Assembly (NCBI GenBank): GCA_025786725.1
Contig: JAHLTZ010000011.1
Span: forward strand, 310,001-374,000
Direction of reading: 5' to 3'
Length of the DNA stretch: 64,000 nt
DNA from: Syncephalis fuscata S228
Taxonomy: Eukaryota; Fungi; Zoopagomycota
This document shows positions 1 through 10,988 of this stretch, piece by piece. Made by a program: the position numbers and the translations under genes. The first letter of the stretch is position 1. Every line of letters starts with the position of its first letter. The notes under the pieces are model-generated. The model saw only the letters and a program-made list of their open reading frames with translations. It was not told the DNA's origin and searched no databases.

Positions 1-2067
1 TTTTTAGCTGTACGGCGTTCCTATTATTATTATTATTAAATTATTATTATTATTAAATTATTATTAATGTCACTTTATTGGTAATTACACTGATTACTTA
101 CTCGTTTAGCTTCTTTGGCTGCTTCTTTACGTAATTTACGTTCTTCTTGTGATTCAGTCTTGGATCGAGCAACTCCCAAATTCACACCTATATAAATATA
201 AATATGTAGTAATCTAGTAAATATAAATCATACCAGTCTTTTCCGCTTTACTTGTTGTTGTCGTCTCATCATTTCCATCTTCTACAACAATTGGCATACC
301 ACTTTTACGACTAAGACGAATACGACGATTAACCTCTTGAATTAATCCAGGATGATTCTCAAGATTAGAATAGGTACCTAAATATTAATGTTAATATTAC
401 TATTAAATATAAGTTATAATTACTTACTTAGAATCGATTCACAATCCCATGCATCTCGTTCCTTCTCTTGTGGATACAACATATCAATACTCTTTGCTGC
501 ATCGATAGTTGAACGATAAGCACGCTCATTTAATTGAGCCGTTGCCTCTTTGATTCTACCCGCATCGGTATCGTCTTCATCAACTAGAAGGGCGTGACGA
601 TAAGCACCGAGTTTCTCACCGGCACTGCCATGCAACATAGGCAACATCTTCTTGCCAATAACCTCGTATTTATCCAAGAAATCATCAAGAATGGCTTCAA
701 AATCTTCACGTTGTTTAATTGATATATGAGTGCGTCTACCAGTTTTAGGATCGATATCTGCATCATCATCATCATCATCGTTCTCTTCATCATCGTCATT
801 TCTTTCATATTCCTCTTGAATCTAATATTATATTATTAATAACTGACTATAGTATAACCAATTAACTTACTCGATCAAATTGTTCATCCAACATTGTCAA
901 TTTCTCATTACGGAACATAGCCGAGGATGACATTGAGAATCCAGTGCCTACTGAACCAGTTTCAAATCGATCACTTTGATTGTCATCTGCTGCTGCTGCC
1001 CTTAATTGCTTAAATCTATTAAATAAAAATGGTTAATATTAATAATAACTAAATACTCTATATCTATATATCTATATATTTATATATTACTTTAAGAAAC
1101 GTCTCTCCCATCCACCTTCATCATCATTTTCATCGTCATCGTAGTCATCTTCATCACTTTCTCCTACTACATCAAAATCAAATGCATCTTCATTCGAATC
1201 AGCATCAGCATCGAGTTGGGCAATAAAATCATCATCAAGTGTATCTTCAGCTTCTTCGTCATCTTCTTCTTCATTATCACTTAATTCAAGTGCTTCAAGC
1301 GCTTCTCTTAATTCTGGATCCATATCTGGCTGTAATCCTATTATTTACACACACACATATATATATTACTATTTAATATATATATATATATACATTTCTA
1401 TTCACTATACCTTGTACTACAGCTGGTTGATTCATTAGACCAATAGGCATTTCATAGACTGATGGCAATACTTCAGCTGGTAATAGTGTTTTTGATGGAT
1501 TCCGTGGTGATTCATCCACAGTTGATACATCATCTTTAATCTATATTAAATTAATATTAAAAAATGTTTATTAACATAGTACACTACTTACCTGGACACT
1601 GCTCTTCTTCTCTTTACGTTCACGAGTGGGTGCTTCTAAAAATATAGCACCTTGATTGCCTATAGGACGTAAATGCTGTGTATAGTCATACTCGGAGTCA
1701 TCAAAAGATACACCGAATAAGGCTGCTTCACCAGTATGGCTGAAATATATATATAACAATTAGGTTGGTCAGTTCAGTTACTCACTAGTGCTACAATGAA
1801 TATAGAATGTACTTACTTCTCTTCATCATCGCTACTACCAATGTCAGACAAGTGATTGGCTTGTCTATTGGCCGCTCCATGTCCCTAGTATATAGTTGGT
1901 TAGTATGAATATACGCCCTATTTCCTCATTCTTGTTCTTACCCGTGTAATTTCCTTGAATACACGGTCTGAGGCTTCTGCATCAGCAATGAGCGGGTCTC
2001 TTTGTGAGCGATGCACAAGATGAAAGTGGCGGGCACTCTTCTTCTCAATAAACTTCTTCTTAACCAT
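1..2067 (-). CDS. LTV1: LTV1 40S ribosome biogenesis factor, multi-exon; 3' end runs off the window
   Basis: Start MVKKKFIEKKSARHFHLVHRSQRDPLIAD; GEAALFGVSFDDSEYDYTQHLRPIG; GLQPDMDPELREALEALE; WDCESILS/TYSNLENHPGLI; GT-AG introns. Confidence 0.93.
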
Positions 2068-2204
2068 TGTTTATAATTGAGTTCAAATAAATTGGAATAA
2101 AAAGTGGCAATAAAAAAAGCAAAAAAATAAAATAAAATAGTTACAATTTAATAATGGACCCACAATAAATATAAATATATTTTAATTATGACTATTTTAT
2201 AATA

Positions 2205-5200
2205 TTAATTAAATGGCAAGACACCCTGATTTCTTTCGGGATCTTGTAGTTTAAGTACACGTACATCTGGTCCTAATTGAATATTACTAGTGACATAATA
2301 GCATTATTAATAAACATATATATATATATATAATAACCGTTAATATATCTATATTCACTTACTCCATACTTTGTGGTGTAATAAGAATAAATTGTGTTCG
2401 TTGAGCAAGTCGAGCACTATCGATGATCATACGTGTACTAATAGATCGATTAACTGCATCCATAAATACATCGTATTCATCTAGTCTATATATTATATTG
2501 ATGGCATTAGCTATAGTATACTATTTACTAGTAGTAATTACCCTCGAATAGGACAGCCCATCGATTCCCATAGAGCAAGTAATAAACAAATAGTTGAAAA
2601 TGACTTCTCACCACCTGATAATGACCGTGGATCCTTTTCAGCTGTACGATCTTGTACATGTTCATCTGTTTGTACCTAGCAATCAATAGAATAAATATAT
2701 GAACAGGTGTATAAAAGTATAAGAGACGGCGTTGGCTTACTCGTGGTGTCAATCGTCGTTTCTCGTGATCAAATTCGAGTTTGCCTGCATAGCCACGTTG
2801 TGACAAGTTCCATAAAAAGTTATGACGAGCTCTTCTAGCTACCAAATGCTTATACGCTTCAAGTCGCTTTAGTCGAGTTGCTAATGCATGGTTTAATAGC
2901 TACAATGGATCATGATTACTATCTATGAATAGTGTTTATAGACTGTATACTATGGATTACCTCTACTTCTTGACCTATACGTTCAAGGTCCTTTTTTGCT
3001 CTTCGATAAGCATCTTGTTTCTGATTCACTTCACTAATCACTTGATCTAATGTGGCACCAATACTAAATCAAATAGTGTTACAAATATATTAAAATAATG
3101 ATAAAATACCCACGTTCTTTCGGCTTCTTCAAGTCGCAGTTGAATTTGATGAATTTCTCGATCCAGTTCACCGGGTGGTTTAGTTACTTCAACGCGTTCT
3201 GGACAGTAAGAAGCTGCTTGTTGTCTTGCTGCCTATAAGCTACATGTTAGCACTAAATATAAATAACTAGATTAATACTGTCATACTTCTACTTTGGCTT
3301 GATGCTGTTCCCGTTCATCATGGACAGCAGCGATACGTTCAAGTTCATCACGTTGTTTACGCATCCAGTGTTGAATTCGAGCATCACATTTAAGTTGTTC
3401 AGTACGCAATTCATCAATACTTTCCTAATAGATTAAATAGATCAGTATATGTTATTCTTATTATCTATATAATGTACAATACTTACATTAATCTGACTTG
3501 TTTTCTCCTTGCCTGTCGTTAATTCCTCACGTATTTGTGCCAACTGTTGCTTTAATTCCGTTTCTTCACTTATAACACGATGCCTTTCCGTAGATAGTTG
3601 TGCATATTGTTGTTTTGTCATATCAATTTCCCGTTGTGTTCGCTGTTTCTCTTCTTCAATTACTGCGAGATTGGCCGGTTCAATTTCCTAGTAATCAATC
3701 GTTATTAAATTAGTGATATGCTCTATAGTAGATTATTACTTGTAATTTATCTTGCAGCTCTTCTAATTGACGACGAAGTTGCTGAATGGTTCTTCGGCCT
3801 TCATTGGTTGTTTTCTATCAAAATATTAGTCATTATATAGTGATCATTAGTGATCAATTGTTCAACTTACTTGATTTGTACGAATCTGCTCGTTTATTTC
3901 TCGTTGTTGCTGTCTAAGTTGCTGTGTATCTACTTCAATCTCTTGTAATTTCCCTCGATGTACTTCTTTCTGCGCTTCACATTGACGTAATTTCTGCTGA
4001 ATATCCACTGTAAATCGAGGTGGTCCAGTGTACTGAGACATAGCAATAGTGGCTGATCCACCCGATCTATACTAGCAACTTAATAATGTATATATTATAA
4101 TCTACTATCCATAAACACTTACCGTGTGCCAATACTAAATCCTTCCCGTGTATAACATGCAGTGACATTGGAGGGAAATCCATTGCTCATAACACGTTCA
4201 GCCTCAATACGTTCTTCAATAAGTACAATTTGTTCAATACGGTTTTGAATGACCAATTGACGTGTTACCATTGGATGGCTAATCTATTAATATGAATCAA
4301 ATAAATGCTCTAATTAGTGCTAAACTAATTAAATAATAGTCTAGTTACATTAAGAACACGTAATACAGTTAGAAATCGACTATCTGGTTCACCTCTTGAA
4401 TGATCATGAGTGGGATCATCTGGCGTTACATAAACTCGAGATTTTCCACTACAATAAATAGTAACTATTAAACAATAGTAGTAATAGCAATATTATTACT
4501 GACCATTGATGTGCACGTAAAATGTGCATTAAACGTTCTTTATCGGCATGATTTGTAACAATAAAATCACCCAATGTATTGCCTAATAACGATTCAAGTG
4601 TATCGGCCCATTTAGATTCAATTAATTTTACGTAATTTCCTAATCATTAATTAATATTAATATAATAAACCATATTTACATTTTATTTACTAACCCAATG
4701 GTCCAATAGGTACTTGATGCCATCCTTTATCCCGTTTAATAGCTGCTAATACCTGTGGCACTGTTCTGCCAAACGCCTTTATACGGTCTGTTTGTTGTTC
4801 CCGCATCGTTGTAATATATCGTTGTAGCTTTTCCACCTCCTCATTCTCCTGTTGAACATCTCTATTATGCCTTGACATTTGTTCGCCTAATTGATTAAGC
4901 TTTATTTTCAACTCTTCTTCTGTTTATAACACTGAATTTCTTCTTGACGTAGTTCTGTAATACTTTCTTGGATCTTGACAATATCATCGTTAATTCGATC
5001 ATTATTGGATCTATTATTCTATAGTTAATATATTTTATATTTATTTCATTTGTAAATACAATACTTACTGGCTATTTTGACGTAATTTATTCGTTTCTTC
5101 TTCAATTGTTTTTTGATGTTCATTAAAAGCAGCGCGTAATCGAACAATTGTTGAATTCATATCACGTTCTTCATTCTATCATTACATTATATATTTAACT

Positions 5201-7046
5201 TTTAATTTGTCTATATATATATTTATACTTACTGTCAAATCCATTAGCCGATGTTTAATTTCCCGTATATTATTAGAGATACCTTCGGCTTTCTCTCGTA
5301 CAGGCTGCATACTAGTTTCATGGGCATTAACTTGTGCAATAAGATCGGTCACCTTAGTTTGGATATCTGCTTTCTGTGCCTATTATTTGTATAAATATAC
5401 CATTCCAATACTAATAACAGCATATCTATTCATCTTACATTCTCGGTAGCTATATTTTCATCAAGTATTGGTGCTCGTTGTTCAGCTTTTGCTACACGTT
5501 TATCAATTTTTTTCAATTCCTATGACTAATAATTAATACGCGTATATTAGCTTTTGTCTAATCTACCTTTTCCAATTCATCAACTTGAGCCCAGGCCATT
5601 TCATTCTTTAAACCATCAAGTCTCTTTTCCAATTCACGTGCTTGCTGCATATCATGTAGACGTAATTCTGCCTCGCGTAGTCCACGACGCATATCTGGCA
5701 GTGCTTGTCGTTTTGGTCCTAACAGTCGCTCAGTATTCTCCAGCGACTCACGAATAAGTGCATATTCTTCACTAAGCTGTGTTAACTGCGTTCCACGAGC
5801 AAAAAACTATACTAAAGGTTATTACTAATATAGAAATCTGCCATGGATAAACCACTACCTCATATTTATCCTCCGGCTTTGAACTACTTAGAAAAGCTTT
5901 AGCTGTATCTTGAGATAGAATATTCATAGGATTATCTACTTGAATGCCCATATGATCGCACATAGCAATTAAGTCTTCACGCTTAGTCGATATAACAGCG
6001 CGCGTCTCTCCATTTCGTAATCGATATTGGCTCGATGCATCACGTATAATACGTCGCTCAACCAATATTTCCGATCCAAATTCACTTTGACGGAATGCAT
6101 CTGCACCACGGTTACGTAATCGAATTATAATCTCTGCAAAACTATATAGTGTATTACATTAAATAATAACATCATTAAATGGCGCAATCTACTTACTTTG
6201 CCCCTTCTCTTATAAGTGATTTCAAGTTACTTGCTCGTTGTGTGACATTGGCTTTTGCACCCAAACAAATAATAATTGCTGTAAGAATGGCACTTTTACC
6301 ACCTTATCTTTGATTACTTATAGTGTCGGAGTACATATATAATCTACTTACTGCCATTATTACCAACGACAAAATTGACATGTGGACCAAATCTCATGGT
6401 AAGTCGTCGATGACACATAAAGTCTATAATATCCACCGATTCAATGACTCCCATTTCTGCAGCCACCGATCTCTATAATATAAATATAATTAATATACTA
6501 TCAATGTCAATACTAGATACACACCATACTATTTTGTGTATTATTAGTCATTGGCGATGACACCATAGACATATCAATTGGACCATTTAATCCCAAAGTA
6601 TCATTATTATTATTATGTTGTTCACTAGTACGCCGATGCTTATTAGTAGGTTGTTGCGTATACTCTTCCTCTCCCTCCTCTTTTTCAAATATCGTATTGC
6701 TATACTGAGAAGAAGTGGCTATTGGTATTGATGGTGTTGCCGTTGTTGTTATTACACTTTTACGTGGCCGTTTACCCGTCTGTTTTGGCTGTATATAATA
6801 ATAATAATAAACTATTTATTCTACCTTATACTATACTGATCAATTAAATACCTTATGGTATTGACTACTTGGACTAGTCTCCTGGCCTGGTTCCAATTTA
6901 ACGTTGGCATTCATTGTTTGACTAGAAGCCAGTGGTGTACGAGATTTAGAGCGACACTTTGCAACGTTGCTACTGGTACTATCAAGTAACGTGCCGTCTT
7001 CTCGATCAGTCGCAGTACAAACGGGACTTTTATCGTTTGTTGCCAT
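2205..7046 (-). CDS. SMC6: Structural maintenance of chromosomes protein 6, many exons
   Basis: Walker A region [33 protein letters not shown]; [19 protein letters not shown]; hinge PIGPLG; signature [18 protein letters not shown] and Walker [14 protein letters not shown]. Confidence 0.93.
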
Positions 7047-7404
7047 AATCTACACGCTATGTTGCGTGTTTTATTCAAGCGGTACAAAAGAATACAATAT
7101 TATAGATTGTTTATGAAAAAGGAAAACAAAAAGAAGGCATAAATATACCGCGTTTTTAAAACATTATATTTAGTGTTATTGTTATTGTTATTATTAGAAT
7201 ATGACAATTCTTTATTTATATATTTTATTGAAATACTAATTCATTGATATAGCATAATAGTAAAAATGATGCTAATAATGGTCTAAACAGTGACGCAGCT
7301 ATTTTATAAGCAATATTATGCTGCGACAATTGTATTGGCCGGTATGCTTTCTGCTTTTTCGAGCAATTGCGTTGTTTCTGCTGCTTTTTGCGCCGCTTGA
7401 CGTG

Positions 7405-7968
7405 CTACTTGGGCAGTCGTTCACGATCGAGAAATTCAACTTTTACGGGCATTTTATGGGCCGCTATCCGCACTGCCTCTTTAGCAAGTTCTGGTCGTAG
7501 ATCTTCCGTCCCGCCTAGTTCAAATATAACTCGACCGGGCGGTACACGGCACTCCCAATGATCAAATGCACCTTTACCCTTGCCCATACGCACTTCGTTA
7601 CCTTTACGCGTAACTGGAATATCGGGAAATACGCGCAAGTAAATTTTAGCACCTTTGCATGGCTTAATCTTTCGCTTGACTGAAAGTTGAATTGCCGATA
7701 GTTGTGCGGCTGTTAGACGTGAGCCTGTACAAACACGCATGCCATAACGACCTATTGTAAGGGTTGTGCCGGCCGTACTGCCACCTGTCGGTAGAGATAT
7801 ACGGCCCTTTTGTGCCTTGCGGTATTTCGTTCGGCGCGGTGCTAGATGAGATCGATGTCGACGCGCTATTGATTGCGTAAATACACTTAAAAGAGACGTT
7901 GGTGTTTTACGCGACCATATTGTTGGCTTTATACCATAATGGCTACTCAGCAATAAACCAGTGCTCAT
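7405..7968 (-). CDS. MRPL16: Mitochondrial ribosomal protein uL16m, intronless
   Basis: PRRTKYRKAQKGR, RMGKGKGAFDHW, IFEL motifs; N-terminal presequence-like segment. Confidence 0.95.
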   Translation of the reverse strand: MSTGLLLSSHYGIKPTIWSRKTPTSLLSVFTQSIARRHRSHLAPRRTKYRKAQKGRISLPTGGSTAGTTLTIGRYGMRVCTGSRLTAAQLSAIQLSVKRKIKPCKGAKIYLRVFPDIPVTRKGNEVRMGKGKGAFDHWECRVPPGRVIFELGGTEDLRPELAKEAVRIAAHKMPVKVEFLDRERLPK

Positions 7969-8509
7969 TCTGGTTAAATCGACGTATATTTGGTCGATAA
8001 CCGTAGATCCAAGAAAAGAAGAAGGGAAGAAGAGGAAATTGACGAATAGATAGCCAATATACTAATATTTATGGTTAAAAATCAAGAGTTATTTCACTTT
8101 AAATTTCTATCCTTAAACTGGGAACAAAAAGATCCATAACTCAAATAAACCGTCGATCAGTTTTTACTACTAAAAAATGCTATTTGTTGGAGCAGTGCAC
8201 ATCTCCAATTAAATTAATCAGTGTTTAATTAATCGACACTATTTTCAATATTTGATATTAGCAGTAATAAATATTATAGTATTCCATGTTACTTACAATA
8301 AAATATAATAAATAGATAAATGTTGATTCATATTATTGTTGTGTCAGTATTCAAAGCATTATAATTTATATTTAATGTCACTCACCATCCAGTTCCATGT
8401 TTAGTAGAACAATAAATGTGTAGTTCAATCAAGTAAAGGATGTCAATTCTGGTCTTTTGACACTGGAGCAAATAAGTCTACTAATAAATTAATATATAAA
8501 AGTTATACG

Positions 8510-10100
8510 TTGGCTCTCACATTTTTTTTATTTATTTCACTCTTCTTTTTTATCACTATTTTATCGTTCTATTCAGTAATATATTATTTGATAATGTCAA
8601 ATATAATAATATAAATGGCATGTGTATTTAAGCATCAATACAGAACATTATTTAATCTCTAGTTTTTATTTCTCTCATTGTCTACCAAACTGTTTGAAAA
8701 GCTATGTTTATTAGTATTGAAAAACTGATGATTACCGCTGATGAGTTTAGACTTGTTGGCAATTGCAAGTTTAAGAGAAAAATATTGATTCAACAAGATT
8801 ACAGTTTATTTGTTCTCATAAAGACCGTTTCAGCAAGTGTCAGTTTGTTTTGGCTGCCAGAAAACAAAAGACTAGTAAAGATTGTCCAATGCAATTTTAA
8901 CCATATTAATGATTGTGCATATGATTGTGGTAATAATACTATTAAATCTATTACTAAATCTATTACATATAATATTACTACATTCTTAAATATAAAACCA
9001 AAAGATGTACAAGTAAAAGTATTAAGTACATATTTAATTATTCAATACACACCAACAATTATAACAGCTCAGCAGATGTTATTATTTCTTATCACAAAAC
9101 TTGATCTGTTTTAGATTTGATAAAAAGACATTGTTACAATATTAGTAATAAAATGATGTATCATTGACCAGGCAACCAAAGGAGGAAAAGAAATAGGAAT
9201 AGTAGCTTAGCCAAATGTTTTAATATCAATTAATAAAGAATAACATCAGTATTAAATGATTTAACCTATAACAATAGCTCAAATTAGCATATTTATAACA
9301 AAAGTCGTAACTGTATAGATTCTGATAGCAAACTAAAATGAATTGGATTATAAAAGTCATTTTTATTATTATTTGAATAACAGTATTGTGTATTTACAAT
9401 ATTACTAAATAATAAAAGTTACAAAGCTAAAAATTTCTGATGGGAAAAAGTTGATTACAATAGTTGCAACAATTTTAATTTAAAATCTTATTCATGTAAT
9501 TAGTTGATTATAGCAATATTAACAGCAATGCCAATCGTGTTTTATTTGCTAAAAAACTTTTAACGATATACTTGTGACAAATGCAACTAAAGAACGCAAT
9601 ACAAGAACACGCTCTGCAAGGATTAATATTAAGGATATTGAACTAGTAGTTAATACTGAAATAAACGTCTTTATTAAATAGATACAAACTAATAATGAAG
9701 CAACTATTAAAATAAATAAAGTGTAATGCAAACAAAAATGATTTAATTAGTAAATATTTTCAAATTTAAATTTAACCACAAATAAAATTAGAATATTTTA
9801 TTCAGAGTGTTTCAGATATCATATTTAGCAATTAAACAATTCTGAATTACACGAAAGTAGTATTGCTTTAATTAACTTGAATTAATTAGCTGATGTATCA
9901 AACAAGAGTGAAGATATGCAAAATAATGCCGTCAACATGGCATTTATCATTGGCAAACTAGAACAATCTACTCGTAACATTCATTTTAAACATCGCAGTA
10001 GTCGCTCCGATGTCATAATTTAGAAAAGCCGTGGAACATGGCGAAAGAAGCTTAAAAGGGTGTTATGACGGATCATTTAAACCACTTGATTTGTATTAAA
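8510..10100 (+). mobile_element. Highly decayed transposon relic, possibly Fanzor-type
   Basis: 8510-8680 is similar to 15670-15840 in direct orientation; broken frames with a Cys-rich start and NMAFIIG(K/N) near 9935 loosely resembling the Fanzor FIIGNW segment; GATCATTTAAAC at ~10071 also occurs at ~16384. Confidence 0.35.
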
Positions 10101-10988
10101 TCTTATGATATTTTAGCAACTAAATAAAATAACTTTTTTTACAATACTAGCATATTATTGATTGTTTAATGTGATTTAACAGTTAAATAACTATAATAGC
10201 CACACATTTAAACGAAATATCCGTGTTATTGAAAATGAAACTGGCTGCTGGGTGTCATTGATTATTAAGCTATTTATTTATCATTATTATTGTACTGTAC
10301 ATATCTATCTTGTATACACATACTATATTTTGTCTATATCATTAATATTGTAGATTGTAGAAACTATATTAACAAAAGCTAAAGTTTATTGCTAACTGTA
10401 TTATTTAGTAGATTTTGATTTATTTTGTTTATTACGCTTGGTTAATTGCATACAGTATAGTTTCACTATCACTATTCACGTACTTGTTTTGTCTATTTAT
10501 TTGGTTTATAATATTGTATACTTTATTGCCCTGTTTTATTAAAAAGTGCCTTTATTCTAATTTCAGCATAATATTATTTGGCTATATGATAATAATAGCT
10601 TTGCTACTATTATATCAATCTATGCTTATAGCTTACATGATATAATTATACACTTTTGTTGATTTAACTATTTGATCAATAATTGCATTATTGGATACAA
10701 ATAGAACATGATTATAGATTAGCATTTGATTGTATATATTTAAGATGAAGCCATAAGTTTATTACTATAAGCATGCACAGTTGAATAGTACAACTAGATG
10801 CAAACATGTTGGTAACATAATGATTCCATTGGTTAAAGACTGGATAAACCGGAGCATTGGCCAAAACTTGATATATAATAGACTGGACGGCGTATTTGTC
10901 AAATTCTTGATTTTCACCAATATATACCTAAATGTATTGGAATAGTGGTTCGATTGCACCACCAATGCTAATGTCTTGAAGCCATCGA